From a virus, in the IMG/VR virus record IMGVR_UViG_3300049482_000116, positions 4,142-68,141 of that record: DNA of 64,000 nt. One strand, given 5' to 3'. Each line of letters starts with the position of its first letter. Within the stretch, counting starts at the first letter, position 1. A program made the translations under genes and the position numbers. The notes below the pieces were generated by a model. The model had not been told where the DNA came from. It saw only the letters and a list, made by a program, of their open reading frames with translations, and searched no databases. Of this stretch, positions 30,288 through 42,012 are shown one piece after another.

Positions 30288-33200
30288 GTGGCAGTATTAG
30301 GAAGACTATTAGTATCCAGCGCTGAGCGACTTGACTTACCCGACCTGCTTAGCATCGACAGCTATGGAGCTGGCGACTGGAAATATTTCGTACAGGGGCT
30401 AATTGGCCCTTCTAAGCCATACATAATGAAAGGCTTCGACATCATTGATCCACAGAACTCTATTGGAACTCAGTCATGTTCGATCCGTGTCGCTGATTCA
30501 ATCGTTCTATACCCAGGTTCTACCGCAGGTCCTTTCTATCATGGTCTTTCTGAAGGCAATACTAATGCTCTTCCTTTAGTCCCTGAACTTCGCAAAAATG
30601 CTGTTAACTATGTGTATTTAACATTCTCAACCTTTAATTCATCTGTAGATACCAGAGCATTTTGGGATCCAGATAAAGACGGCGGAGCTGGCGGTGAGTT
30701 TACTCAAGATGTAAATACTCAGTCTGTTCTTAAGGTAGAAGTAAACGTATCTACCGGTTCTTTTCCTGCAAATACTATTCCAGTTGCAAAAGTTACAGTA
30801 GGCGCTGTTGTTATCACAGCCATAGAAGATGCACGTGACTTAATGTTCCGCTTAGGCACAGGCGGAATCTCGCCTAATCCAAACAGTACATATAATTTTC
30901 GCTCTCTACCTTCGGCTCCCTATCAGAGAAATGAACCGCCGACAATCATGAGCAATCCGTCGGATCCAAATCCGTTTCAGGGTGCAGATAAAAATATTTT
31001 ATCTCTCAAGGAGTGGATGGACGTTGTAATGACTAGGTTAAAAGAACTTGGTGGCACAACGTTTTGGTATGAAGATACATCGACATTCTCTATAACCAGT
31101 ATTTTTACAGATGCTCTTACTACTACATATAAGTCTAAGGGTAAATACATTCATAGTTCTGCTACACCAGGTGATTTGACGTGGTCAGAAGATATCATTA
31201 TAAAGCAAACTGCTTCTCCTAAAGACACTATTATCAGGGATGGCGCAATAAGCCTTAATAATGAACAAGTAGCATATCTTCCACTAGCTAGAAATCAAAT
31301 TATCAATATCTTTGATGAAGCTGTAGCTTGGACAAATGGTCAACCATATATAAATACAATCGGTGGTTCTATCGGCAAGTTTGCTAATCTTACTAAGGGT
31401 GATTGGGTAAGAAAGGTAAGCGATGATGCAACTATGATGGTGCGCATAGAAGAATTCTATGATGCTATTAATTTAGGTGGTTCTGTTACCACAGCAGCAA
31501 ATGCTCGAAGTGTTCGCTTGAATGTGAACTACTTAGGAAGCACTTCACAAGAGCGCGCTAGATATGATCAAGGTGTTTATCTTTCTACTGATGTAGTTAT
31601 TTCTGATCGCGATGATCCAGCTATCAGTACTACTGGTGGTAACTTTTTATGGCTAGCTCTTCGTAGCGACACCATTCAGGACATTGCAGCTGTTGAGAGT
31701 TATGCAGTTTCTGGTACTATCAGTGTAGCAGATGGCTCACTGGTACAAGTGAATGCTACCGCGCATGGTCTTCTAGATGGAGACCGCATTACTATTACTG
31801 CGCCAGTTGCACAAGCTGGAACGTATTCTGTCGAGGTTGAAGACGCTAATACTTTCTTTTTTCAAAGTACAAATACGACTACTGGGGCGCTTACTGGATA
31901 CTTTGGTCTACTTACGACTACTGCACGAACAAACGGATACGGACTTCAACTTGAATCTGCTAATCACGGATTTGATTCTGGAGAAACCATACAGATTGCA
32001 GGTACAACTAATTTTGACGGAGCAGTTGTTATAAATGTGCGCTCTTCAACGCAAATTCAGTTTGCCGCATCAACTGTATTTGCTAATGAATCTTCTGGAA
32101 CTGCAACCTTAGCTCGCATTGATGCTCGTACTGAATCCGGTATCACTAAGATTGTTCAGGGTGAAACGATCAATATCGGAGAGGGTGATTCTGAGAACAT
32201 TCAGAGCTTTATTGGAATGAATTCGCTTGCTGAAACACACCCGCTTTATTTTGTTCCTGGTGGATTTGGAGCAATAAATGGTCAACAAAACTATAATTGT
32301 AGCGAAGTTGATAATCTAACTGAGCGTGCATCTAAGCTTACAGCCATGATGGCCAATAAAGCACAAGATAAAACAATCAAGTATTTAACTACTGCTAATA
32401 CAGTAATCAATACCATGAATGGCGCGGCTCAAGAGATCACATTTCAACCCGCAGCATCAACACTCACTATTCTTCAACCTAGTGCTGCTAGCAATGCTAC
32501 AACTACGCTACCAGATACAGCACCAGGTATTTCTCTTTTAGCTAATCAATCTGCTTATATCGTTATTGATAGGAACGCCGCCTCTACGCCAATTATAACT
32601 GTCAGCGACACTTCAGATGTACCTTTAGCTGAAAATGTGTTTGTTATTGCTTCTCGTCTTAGTGGAAATTCTATATATATATGGAATGGAACACAGGTAG
32701 TTGGCTCTTCACCACTAGTTCCTGGTGGAGCATCTCTTGTTAAGGTTCAGTATGCGGATCCAGTAAGTACAGTGCTCCCAACCGGTAATCCTGTCATAGT
32801 AGATGGCTATACAATAAATGCTGGTGATACAGTATTATTTTCTGCACTTTTATCTAATAATAATCGTGTTTACCAAGCGCTAGGGGTTGGAACAAACATA
32901 ACTGGTTGGAATGCCAGTTTTGCATTTAACGGTCTTCAAGATCCTATAGACGGCGATACGGTTATTGTGACCTCTGGTGATGGATTTGCAGATCAAGTTG
33001 GCAAGTTCACTGGAACAGAGTGGGTATTTAATGATAAGGTTCGTTACTTTAACGGTACAGATTATTGGGAACAATCTAATCTAGTTACCAGTACTCTCAA
33101 TGATAACTCAACTGGCAACGTGTTCACTGTCAACTATATTGGCTCTGAATATCAGGTAATTGATTATTCTATCTCACGAGGACTTACTAAAGAAACTGGA

Positions 33201-33869
33201 ACTATTCATATTGTTACAGATGGTTCTACTGTAAATGTCACAACTACCGGTGCATATCTCGGAATAACAGGTACTACCTTCTCTGGTGATATTTTTGGTG
33301 GTACAACATTACGCCTTCGTTATACATTAGATAATTCTGGCTCGAATGCTACAATGAAATATATGATTCGTCGTTGGTCGAACTCAGCAGGTGGACCAGG
33401 AGGCGTACCTTCGTATACGGGATCTTCTGGCTCTGGAGCAGCAGCGGGTGGACTTGGACAGATTCAATTCAGCGATGGGGCTAATTTAACAGCTAACACT
33501 AATTTCAAGATTGACACTTCTGCATTATCATTTAATTTAAATGGTCTTTTTCAAAGTGTTTTAAACGGACCAATAGTTGTTACAGATAATACTGCTGTAG
33601 CAACTCCTTTATTTACATTGTCACAAGCATCTCACACACATGTTGTTATCGAATATTCTTGCGAACGCAATGGCGAATCGAGAACAGGTCGTTTCTTAGT
33701 TGCTCATAATGGGACAATAGCCGGTTTTAGTGATGACTTTGTTGAAACTAGCCCTATCGGTCTTGTTTTAACTGCTGATGTATTAGGAGCAGATTTAAGA
33801 ATATTATTCACGTTAACTAATACCAGTTTTAATGGGTCTCTTAAATATTCGCTAAGACGCTGGATATAA
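30288..33869 (+). CDS. baseplate-attached tail fibre protein
   Basis: GTG start with AGGAG; beta-rich; AHG/NHG repeats; two similar C-terminal beta domains. Confidence 0.65.
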   Translation: MAVLGRLLVSSAERLDLPDLLSIDSYGAGDWKYFVQGLIGPSKPYIMKGFDIIDPQNSIGTQSCSIRVADSIVLYPGSTAGPFYHGLSEGNTNALPLVPELRKNAVNYVYLTFSTFNSSVDTRAFWDPDKDGGAGGEFTQDVNTQSVLKVEVNVSTGSFPANTIPVAKVTVGAVVITAIEDARDLMFRLGTGGISPNPNSTYNFRSLPSAPYQRNEPPTIMSNPSDPNPFQGADKNILSLKEWMDVVMTRLKELGGTTFWYEDTSTFSITSIFTDALTTTYKSKGKYIHSSATPGDLTWSEDIIIKQTASPKDTIIRDGAISLNNEQVAYLPLARNQIINIFDEAVAWTNGQPYINTIGGSIGKFANLTKGDWVRKVSDDATMMVRIEEFYDAINLGGSVTTAANARSVRLNVNYLGSTSQERARYDQGVYLSTDVVISDRDDPAISTTGGNFLWLALRSDTIQDIAAVESYAVSGTISVADGSLVQVNATAHGLLDGDRITITAPVAQAGTYSVEVEDANTFFFQSTNTTTGALTGYFGLLTTTARTNGYGLQLESANHGFDSGETIQIAGTTNFDGAVVINVRSSTQIQFAASTVFANESSGTATLARIDARTESGITKIVQGETINIGEGDSENIQSFIGMNSLAETHPLYFVPGGFGAINGQQNYNCSEVDNLTERASKLTAMMANKAQDKTIKYLTTANTVINTMNGAAQEITFQPAASTLTILQPSAASNATTTLPDTAPGISLLANQSAYIVIDRNAASTPIITVSDTSDVPLAENVFVIASRLSGNSIYIWNGTQVVGSSPLVPGGASLVKVQYADPVSTVLPTGNPVIVDGYTINAGDTVLFSALLSNNNRVYQALGVGTNITGWNASFAFNGLQDPIDGDTVIVTSGDGFADQVGKFTGTEWVFNDKVRYFNGTDYWEQSNLVTSTLNDNSTGNVFTVNYIGSEYQVIDYSISRGLTKETGTIHIVTDGSTVNVTTTGAYLGITGTTFSGDIFGGTTLRLRYTLDNSGSNATMKYMIRRWSNSAGGPGGVPSYTGSSGSGAAAGGLGQIQFSDGANLTANTNFKIDTSALSFNLNGLFQSVLNGPIVVTDNTAVATPLFTLSQASHTHVVIEYSCERNGESRTGRFLVAHNGTIAGFSDDFVETSPIGLVLTADVLGADLRILFTLTNTSFNGSLKYSLRRWI

Positions 33870-33894
33870 CGTAGTTAGGTAAAGAGAACAAACT

Positions 33895-36800
33895 ATGTCA
33901 CTTGAAACAAGCAAGTTTAAATCTGGAATTACTTTAATACCAACAGATCCCTTTACGCTAACTAACCCAAGCATTGGGGATATTGTTTGTGACTCAACTG
34001 ATTCAAACAAGATCAAAGAATGGAACGGCAAGCTCTGGGTAACCCCTACAACTGATCTTCCTGGCGTAACTGAAGATAGACTTTTTATTTCACCGTGGAA
34101 CGGTTCCACCAATACACCTACTCTAGCGGACGGCGTTGGTATCCACGGTCAATGGTATAGCGTTTTCGTAGCGGGCACTCTAAACGGAACTTCGTATGCG
34201 ATTAATGATAAGATCGTATATTGGGGTGGTAAATGGGTCAACGATAAGAATATCAACCTAAACGGTCAAAGATCACAAAGCACTTACTTTGGTCTTGCGA
34301 CTGTCGGACCTTGGAGCACAACTTTTACTGTTGCTGAGCTTGAAAAAGCTAAAACTTCGGGAACATTAGAAACTGGCAAAACTTACCAGATCACTACATT
34401 TATCGCGGGCGATGATTTTACCAATATTGGAGCGGCATCAAACGCTACTGACGTAGTTTTTACAGCAACGGGTACTACTCCAACAACCTGGACAAATGCC
34501 TCTACGGTTTCTCCCGCTGTAAGTATTGCGGTATCTGTAGTTAGCAGTGACCCTCCAACGATGATAGCCGATATAGTTTCTCAGATTCAAGCAAACGCTG
34601 ATCTAAGAAGCAGAGGGTTTTATTGTTATCCTGTGAGCGATCAGACTGAATACAATCCCTACTACCCAACCGTTTACAACCACGGATATATTAAGGGGCC
34701 GCTGGGTCAACCATTTAAGCTAACAACCAACCCGTCACATATTGACAGATTTGCTGGAAACGACGTAGCATCATTTATTGGGCAAGCACAGCGAATCACG
34801 AATTTAGCTACCCCTTTAGTTGCTAGCGACGCATCTACTAAGGGATATGTTGATACAGCTGTCAGTGGATCTGTTGCAAAAACTGTCGTTGATGTTAAAG
34901 GCGATCTCATTGTTGCGACTGCTGCTGATACTGTTGCTAGACTCCAAGCAGGAACAAACGGACAGGTTCTCACAGTAGATTCTGCAGAAGCAACAGGATT
35001 AAAATGGGCTGCTCCTGCTGCTAGTTCATCATCTATCGGTATTGGTGACTTAGATACTTTAGCTGCAGATGACGCTCAAACCGCCGTTCTAGCTGACTAC
35101 ACTCAAACCGGATTAGAAATCCTTACAAGCACACAGATTCACGGTACAGCGGCATTCCGTTTAATCCACCAGAACGCATCGACTTACAGCTTCAAAAAAA
35201 CAATTGCTGTTGACCCCAAATTTCGTGGCAAGAATAATACTCTAGTATTTGATCTCAGGTCTTCCGCCGCTTCTTCTAACGTGACCGTATTAGTACGCGA
35301 TGAAACTAACTCGGCTACGTTAACGAGCGGGATTGCTTCTACGAATAGAAACCAAGTCACCGCTACTACAACTTCAGGTATTGCAACTCTCTCGGGAGTT
35401 TCTTCTGCTGATTACAATTCATTTGAAGTAGGTGACACAGTTACGGGTGCAGGTATTCCTACCGGCACTCGCGTTCTTTCTAAGACCTTATCAGGTCTAG
35501 TTATCACTCTAAGTGCAAACGCCACAGCTTCTGCCACCGTAACGCTTTCTGTTTCATCTCTTCCGGCTCGCCAGTCTTACACGTTCGATGTTCCTTCAAA
35601 CTGTCTATCAATGTCGTGGACTATTTCCGCACTTCAGGAAGCAAACCTTCCAGAGACTTATGTAGATGATGTGGTCGTTAAATTATCGGCTACCGCTAAC
35701 ACGAGTGCTTCGATTACGACTACGACTTTTAACACCGAAGCAATGACTTTAGATCCTAACTTTACTCCGACAAGTTTTGGAACTGTTACTGAGAAAAACA
35801 TATATAAGGGTCGTCAAGGCGATCTAATGAATATTCGTGGTTACTGGAGATGCGGAACCACCACTGCTTCAGTAGCTTCTTTAGACCTACCTAGTGGATT
35901 CACTATCGACTCTGCAAAGTTTGGAACTAAAAGCAATATTGTAGTAGTAGGACAGTTTAATCAGATTAAAGTAACTGCTACACCAGGGGGACCATTTACT
36001 CAGGGATATAGCGGCCTTATTTTTTACGATGGATCAACTACAGATAAATTATTTTTTTCAGGGGCTACAGAAAGCAACGTATTAAATAAAGCTACGGCTT
36101 CTTCTGTTCAGGACTCTAATGGGTACATTTCTGTAACAATAAATGATCTTCCGATAACAAGTTGGACAGCTTCAATCACTACTTCCCAAACCATCCAACT
36201 CACTAGCTCTGTTCTAGTTCAAGATCCTGATAGTGAATTAAGAATCACTGGGTTTGTTACTTCTTATGCATCTACAGCGACAAGGATACTGAGAACTCTA
36301 AACGCTGCGACTGCTGGAACTATCCAGAAAAACACTGGATCAGCGATTAAGCTGGAAGACGATTCTGTTAATGGTACTAGAATTACCGCTTTAAAAGACG
36401 GGGTTTACTCTTTACAGTTTAGCACGGACTTAGGTTCTGCTGCTGGGGTAGGTTTTAGCTTAAACTCTTCTTCTTTAACTACAGATTTTAACTCATTATC
36501 AGGTGCAGAAAAATTATCTTCTCAGTATGAACCAGGAAGTAGCGCAACTCTATGTGTTTCTTGGACTGGTGCTTTAAAAACTGGAGACATTGTAAGACCT
36601 CATGGAACTGGTGGACTAACTGGGCCTGACGCTTCTTTCTCAATGCTTCAAGTTACTTGTCAGGGAAAACTATCTCAGCTTAATCCTTCGTCAGATCAGA
36701 AGATTGAGATCCCTACTTCTGAACTCCGTTTTGAAGGTTCATCTTCTCGCGGTGGAACTGATACTTCCATCGTTAAGTTTGACAACCTAGTTAGTACAAA

Positions 36801-38988
36801 AGGTGACGGATTCTCTGTAGTCAATACGTCCGCCAACGGAACAGTAGTTACGGTTCTTAAAGATGGTATTCTTTCAGTATCCGCCGGGATGTACTTCGCA
36901 TCTGCCGGTATTCAAAACGCCATCTCTAAAAATCAAGTTACACTTACCTCTTATCCTAACCAAAGTGAGATTTTAAACGCGGCTTATAACGCTGCAAGTG
37001 CGTATGGGGCTACTACTAGCTGGACTGGGTCAGTTAAGAAGAACGATGTTATCCGTATTGCGGCTAACGGAACTCCGACTGGTAACTCAATTAATAACCT
37101 AACGCTTTCTCTCCAAGAACAGAAAGTAGCTGTTTCTCTATCGAACGTAGTTCCACAGTTTCAAGACGGAGATGGATATTTAAGGCTATCAGCATATAAC
37201 AGTGTTGGTGCTACTAGAACTAGAATTCTAAGATTCTCAAACTTAGTTGAGCAAGATGGTTTAGGTAAATTTACTTACGCCGACTCCGCTGCTGATGGCG
37301 CATCTATCACCGTAAACGAAGATGGTATTTACAACATCGTTTGGGGTTGGGCATCAGCCAATAACGCTGCTATCGGAATGGCTTTAACTAAAAATGAGGT
37401 TCTTTCATCAACGGGAAGCACAGACGCAACTTCTCTTACGGAAGCACAAGGAAGAATTGCAGTAACGTACATCGGAGCAATTTCTACTGCTCTCACTGCT
37501 CCGGTAGTTACTTATTCTGGTAAGCTCTTAAAGGGTGATGTGATTCGCTGTCACACTGACGCAAACACAACAAACCCTAACCCCGCACTTACTTACTTCA
37601 ACATTACCAAAGTCGGCAAGCCTTCAATCGCTGCTGTAGATGTAACTCCTTTCGTAAATCTTAAGGGTCAAGACACACAGGCGATTGAGACAGAAGCAAC
37701 TACTGCAACTTGGGGTGGAACCAATACAGGTATCCCGGTTTACTCTATCAGATCAAACACTAACAACGGCATAATTCGAGTTGATTCGAGCGCCGCTAAC
37801 GGAACAAGTTTTACTGTTCTAAGAGATTGTAAGGCTAGTATCTCTGGCGGAGGTAATGGAAACGGAACAGGGTTGCCTGGGATATACATTACTAAGAATT
37901 CCACTATTCTTACAGCAACGAGTTTAACCGCTTCTACTGTTTTAGCTTACGCAACCGGTGGAGTTAACAACTTTGTAAATGCCATTTCCTGTAATGTAGA
38001 CCTAAAGGTTGGAGATGTAATTAGGTTCCAACGCGACTCTACTAACCTAACGGAAACCCGTAACTTTAGTATTACAGCAGTAGCTGACTCCACTTCGGTA
38101 GTCTCAGCAGCGAAGACCTACAGAATGTCGGATCTTCTCGCTGTAGGAACCCGTGTTACTGGAGCAGATCCAGCTAATCTAGGTGAGTACAGAACTCTTT
38201 ATAGAGCAACTTCTTCCAATTCTACCCTTAGTGATACGATTACTCCAACCAACGTCCCTTCTACTGCAAATGGGATGTTTATCAACGGGGGTGTTGCCTT
38301 CAATACCGCTGGAACAAATACTTCCCCACAAGTATATAGAATATTCATCGGTAAGAACAAGCAATACTCAATTAGCTGGCACAATACTACTGGAAGAACT
38401 GGGTTCTTATCTGTTGACAGAATTCTAGCTGCTGGGACCGATGAATACGGTGCTTGGGAAATGTACGATCCGACCACTGGGATTCTTTCTATTGACGCAG
38501 CAAGTATTGTTAACGGCGGCAATACAAGTAGACAGCTTGGAAACAAAGAATCAAACGCTACTGTTGCAAACGGTTACTTCGACGTAACTGTATTTGAAAG
38601 TCCTTTCGTAAGCGTTCCACAGCCAGCTAAGGTTACAGCCTTATATATGGCTAACGTATCTGCAACCACTAACGGATCACTACCTGTCCAGTGGAGCAAT
38701 AGGATCGTCGATAATTTCGGAGCTGTGACCACAGGAAGCGGCTGGAGATTTACTGCACCAAGGGCAGACGTCTATATGGTAAACGGCACTATGGATGTAG
38801 GTATTACAGCTAACGTCTACATTTATAAAAATGGAGTGCTTTATCAGAGTGCCGGGATTGTTTATTCTAACACGGGGGTTATCGTAGGATGTGTGCCTAT
38901 GGTGGCTGGAGATTATATAGACGTTAGAGCAGATTCTTCTACGGTAGGTTCGAACGTAAACAGATTTATTTCGATTACCAGCCAATGA
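33895..38988 (+). CDS. tail fibre/adhesin with tandem C1q/BclA-like beta-sandwich modules
   Basis: KGDLIVATAADTVARL..GTNGQVLT.DS fibre motif; repeated modules; terminal WRFTAPRADVY C1q-like motif. Confidence 0.7.
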   Translation: MSLETSKFKSGITLIPTDPFTLTNPSIGDIVCDSTDSNKIKEWNGKLWVTPTTDLPGVTEDRLFISPWNGSTNTPTLADGVGIHGQWYSVFVAGTLNGTSYAINDKIVYWGGKWVNDKNINLNGQRSQSTYFGLATVGPWSTTFTVAELEKAKTSGTLETGKTYQITTFIAGDDFTNIGAASNATDVVFTATGTTPTTWTNASTVSPAVSIAVSVVSSDPPTMIADIVSQIQANADLRSRGFYCYPVSDQTEYNPYYPTVYNHGYIKGPLGQPFKLTTNPSHIDRFAGNDVASFIGQAQRITNLATPLVASDASTKGYVDTAVSGSVAKTVVDVKGDLIVATAADTVARLQAGTNGQVLTVDSAEATGLKWAAPAASSSSIGIGDLDTLAADDAQTAVLADYTQTGLEILTSTQIHGTAAFRLIHQNASTYSFKKTIAVDPKFRGKNNTLVFDLRSSAASSNVTVLVRDETNSATLTSGIASTNRNQVTATTTSGIATLSGVSSADYNSFEVGDTVTGAGIPTGTRVLSKTLSGLVITLSANATASATVTLSVSSLPARQSYTFDVPSNCLSMSWTISALQEANLPETYVDDVVVKLSATANTSASITTTTFNTEAMTLDPNFTPTSFGTVTEKNIYKGRQGDLMNIRGYWRCGTTTASVASLDLPSGFTIDSAKFGTKSNIVVVGQFNQIKVTATPGGPFTQGYSGLIFYDGSTTDKLFFSGATESNVLNKATASSVQDSNGYISVTINDLPITSWTASITTSQTIQLTSSVLVQDPDSELRITGFVTSYASTATRILRTLNAATAGTIQKNTGSAIKLEDDSVNGTRITALKDGVYSLQFSTDLGSAAGVGFSLNSSSLTTDFNSLSGAEKLSSQYEPGSSATLCVSWTGALKTGDIVRPHGTGGLTGPDASFSMLQVTCQGKLSQLNPSSDQKIEIPTSELRFEGSSSRGGTDTSIVKFDNLVSTKGDGFSVVNTSANGTVVTVLKDGILSVSAGMYFASAGIQNAISKNQVTLTSYPNQSEILNAAYNAASAYGATTSWTGSVKKNDVIRIAANGTPTGNSINNLTLSLQEQKVAVSLSNVVPQFQDGDGYLRLSAYNSVGATRTRILRFSNLVEQDGLGKFTYADSAADGASITVNEDGIYNIVWGWASANNAAIGMALTKNEVLSSTGSTDATSLTEAQGRIAVTYIGAISTALTAPVVTYSGKLLKGDVIRCHTDANTTNPNPALTYFNITKVGKPSIAAVDVTPFVNLKGQDTQAIETEATTATWGGTNTGIPVYSIRSNTNNGIIRVDSSAANGTSFTVLRDCKASISGGGNGNGTGLPGIYITKNSTILTATSLTASTVLAYATGGVNNFVNAISCNVDLKVGDVIRFQRDSTNLTETRNFSITAVADSTSVVSAAKTYRMSDLLAVGTRVTGADPANLGEYRTLYRATSSNSTLSDTITPTNVPSTANGMFINGGVAFNTAGTNTSPQVYRIFIGKNKQYSISWHNTTGRTGFLSVDRILAAGTDEYGAWEMYDPTTGILSIDAASIVNGGNTSRQLGNKESNATVANGYFDVTVFESPFVSVPQPAKVTALYMANVSATTNGSLPVQWSNRIVDNFGAVTTGSGWRFTAPRADVYMVNGTMDVGITANVYIYKNGVLYQSAGIVYSNTGVIVGCVPMVAGDYIDVRADSSTVGSNVNRFISITSQ

Positions 38989-39079
38989 AAAATATGGAAA
39001 TTTATACAACAGTAGAACTTGAGAAATTGAGCGATTAATAGTGATAAGATATAGTGATACTAAAGTGGAGAAATAGGTT

Positions 39080-41821
39080 ATGGCAAATGAGATAAAATTT
39101 GGTAGTAAGGTAGTGTTTTTAGGTGGAACACCGATAACATTACCTTCGCAAGCTTCTGATCCTGGTAGTGCAGTCAACGGAGACATGTACTATAACTCTA
39201 CTTCAGACACCATAAGAGTATATCAAAGCGGTTCTTGGCAAAGTCTTGCAACAGGCGGAGCAGCTGCTAACACTACTTTGAGCAATCTTGGAACTACCGC
39301 TATTAACGCTGCTTTACTGCCAGCGTCTACAAACACAATAAACCTAGGTAATGGTAACCTTAAGTTTAACCAGATGTTTATCAATCAACTTCGCCGCGAT
39401 TCTGGTGAAGGTGTTACAGGACGAGCGGTTTTAGACGTTCAAAACTTCATTGCATATAATGGAACAGAAACGGCGATCTTTAAGTGGGATTCTTCTACTG
39501 TAGAGCTATCTACAATGACAGCTACTACTGTCCCCTATCTAGATGCTAACAAGCGCCTACAATCTAGTACAGTAACTCCAACTGAACTTGGATATCTTTC
39601 TGGTGTTACTTCTGCACTTCAGACACAATTAGGTAACAAGGCTGCCGATAACGTGGTTATCAAAAAAGATGGTTCTGTTGCGTATCTCGCGAACCAATCG
39701 ATGGGCGGTTTTAAACTAACAAGTCTCGCAGCAGGTAGTGCCAACGGTGATTCAGTTAGATATGAACAAGCTATTTTAGCTTCTGGCGTCAATGCATTTG
39801 CTGCCAACCAATCGATGGGTGGTTTTAAACTAACTAACCTTGCAGACGGTACTTTAGCACAGGATGCAGTTTCTAAGACGCAGATGGAAACTGCTGATGG
39901 TCTCAAGGTTTCTAAGTCTGGCGATACAATGTCAGGCAACCTGGCAATGGGCGGAAACCTTGTCACTGGACTGGGTGCTCCTGTTGGTGCTAACGATGCT
40001 GTTCGCAAAGCATATGCTGATGCTATTTCCGCTGGTTCAGTTTGGCTTAACCCGATCAATGATCCTGACCTTATCGATGACTCGCTAAGCACACCCCCTG
40101 GTTCACCAGTTGTAGGAGATACTTATATCGTAGCAGACACTGCTACAGGAGCTTGGGCAGGATTAGAAGGCTATGCTGTGTTCTGGAGCGGATCTGCCTG
40201 GGTTGATATCTTAGGTCGCGCTGTCATCGCCGGCGATCGTTTCGGCGTCAGCATGGAAACTCCGACAGCTGCAGCTGGCGGATTAGCTACTAAGGAAAAT
40301 AATATTGCTCAAATTGTGTCCCCAACTCCTGGAGCGATCACATACACATTTACTGCACCCATACTTGGACAAGCAGTGTTCGTATTTAATACTGCTTCCA
40401 CTCACTCTGGACACCAGTATAACTACAACGGAACTTCTTGGGTTGAATTCGGTGGAGCAAGCGCAATCACCCCTGGCGTTGGTCTATCATTCTCCGGTAA
40501 CGTATTAAATGTTAACCTTGGAGCAGGTATTGCTCAACTCCCTTCTGATGAAGTTGGTATTGATGTCCATACTTCCGGTGGACTATTTACTACAGTCGAC
40601 AACAGCACATCTAGTACTGTCACTGCAGCTCAACTAGCAGTTAAACTAGATGGTTCTACATTAAGTAAATCATCCTCAGGACTTAAAGTAGCTGCCCTTG
40701 GAATCACCAACTCAGAGATCAGTGCGTCTGCAGCTATTGTATATACTAAGTTAAATATCTCTAACAGCGTTGTAAATGCTGATATTGCTTCTGGAGCAAA
40801 TATTGCATTAAATAAGTTAGCTACTGTAACTGCAAGTCGCGCGCTTGTTTCAGATGGATCTGGATTCATATCAGCAGCTTCAGTTACAGCGACCGAGCTC
40901 TCGTATCTATCTGGTGCAACAAGTTCAATCCAGACTCAACTTGGAAACAAGGCTTCTACTACCTTAGACAACTTAGGTACTACAGCAATCAACACTAATC
41001 TGATTCCAAGTGCTACCAACTCGCATGATCTAGGTACTACGTCTGTTCGTTGGAAGGACTTATATTTAGCTGGAGCAATAACATCAGCTGGTGGAGCAAG
41101 TTTTGGCGCTGGAATCACTGCTACCGGAACAATCAGCTCTGGAGCCTATAACTTAACTGGTGATGCTCTTGAAGTTAGCGGTGGAGCAGTAAGAGTCAGC
41201 TCTTTTACGACTCCAATTACCGGTGTTGCTGCTGCCTCGTTATTCCCAGTAAGTCCAGCTGCTGTACCAGTGTCTATCTTTACACGAGACAACAGTACAA
41301 ATGACGCGGTTGCTTCTGGTGACGCACTTATCGAAACAGGAGATAAGACTGACGGTACTGGTAACTCTGGTTCTATCAAGCTTCAAACCGGGTCTTCAGT
41401 AGGCGGAACAAGGGGATCAATCGAACTTGATGCACGCGCTATCGCTCTTCGCGGCACGGTACAAAGATCAGATACTGCTGGTGGATCTAGTTTAATCGAA
41501 GAACAATATATCCATGCAACTACCCTTGCGGCCTCTCAGACTAATGCTATTGTAACAGCATTAAATTTTGCTCATGCTTCTTATGAAGGTGTAGAGATTA
41601 CTTACAAGATCAAGGAAGCTACCACTAACGCAGTCCGTACTGGTAAACTAAGTATCGCCACCAATGGGACCGACGTATCTATTGTTGACTCTTTTAATGA
41701 GACAGCTGATGTTGGGGTCACTTGGAGCGCAGTCGTCAATGGCGCTAATATCAACGTAAGGTACACCACTACTGCTAATACAAAAACTGCACGTATGGAT
41801 ATCAAGCGCTTTAAGGCTTAA
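39080..41821 (+). CDS. tail fibre protein with internal repeats
   Basis: KSGDTMSGNL, SMGGFKLT repeats, TELxYLSG repeats, DUF2793-like PPGSPVVGDTYIVA...GAWAG. Confidence 0.75.
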   Translation: MANEIKFGSKVVFLGGTPITLPSQASDPGSAVNGDMYYNSTSDTIRVYQSGSWQSLATGGAAANTTLSNLGTTAINAALLPASTNTINLGNGNLKFNQMFINQLRRDSGEGVTGRAVLDVQNFIAYNGTETAIFKWDSSTVELSTMTATTVPYLDANKRLQSSTVTPTELGYLSGVTSALQTQLGNKAADNVVIKKDGSVAYLANQSMGGFKLTSLAAGSANGDSVRYEQAILASGVNAFAANQSMGGFKLTNLADGTLAQDAVSKTQMETADGLKVSKSGDTMSGNLAMGGNLVTGLGAPVGANDAVRKAYADAISAGSVWLNPINDPDLIDDSLSTPPGSPVVGDTYIVADTATGAWAGLEGYAVFWSGSAWVDILGRAVIAGDRFGVSMETPTAAAGGLATKENNIAQIVSPTPGAITYTFTAPILGQAVFVFNTASTHSGHQYNYNGTSWVEFGGASAITPGVGLSFSGNVLNVNLGAGIAQLPSDEVGIDVHTSGGLFTTVDNSTSSTVTAAQLAVKLDGSTLSKSSSGLKVAALGITNSEISASAAIVYTKLNISNSVVNADIASGANIALNKLATVTASRALVSDGSGFISAASVTATELSYLSGATSSIQTQLGNKASTTLDNLGTTAINTNLIPSATNSHDLGTTSVRWKDLYLAGAITSAGGASFGAGITATGTISSGAYNLTGDALEVSGGAVRVSSFTTPITGVAAASLFPVSPAAVPVSIFTRDNSTNDAVASGDALIETGDKTDGTGNSGSIKLQTGSSVGGTRGSIELDARAIALRGTVQRSDTAGGSSLIEEQYIHATTLAASQTNAIVTALNFAHASYEGVEITYKIKEATTNAVRTGKLSIATNGTDVSIVDSFNETADVGVTWSAVVNGANINVRYTTTANTKTARMDIKRFKA
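39692..39834 (+). repeat. intragenic direct repeat, 29 bp x2
   Basis: aaccaatcgatggg(c/t)ggttttaaactaac at 39692 and 39806. Confidence 0.8.
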
Positions 41822-42012
41822 TTTAAGTCGTCTAAGTTAGAGTTTTAGCCCTATCTCAAACTGTGGTAATATAGTATTAAGTTTTGAGGGATAGATGGAA
41901 CTCAAGATGCTACAAGCTTCTTCCTGCCTAATATTCGGTAGGTACTCCATATATTTCACTAATTTACTAAGAGATTTAAGTACAATCTTAAGTAACCACA
42001 GAGGAGCTAACA

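Noticed and set aside
41822-42012. Possible structured RNA in the gap between fibre genes
   Set aside because: Only imperfect AT-rich pairings (CTATCTCAAA with TTTGAGGGATAG); not enough support beyond a promoter and SD
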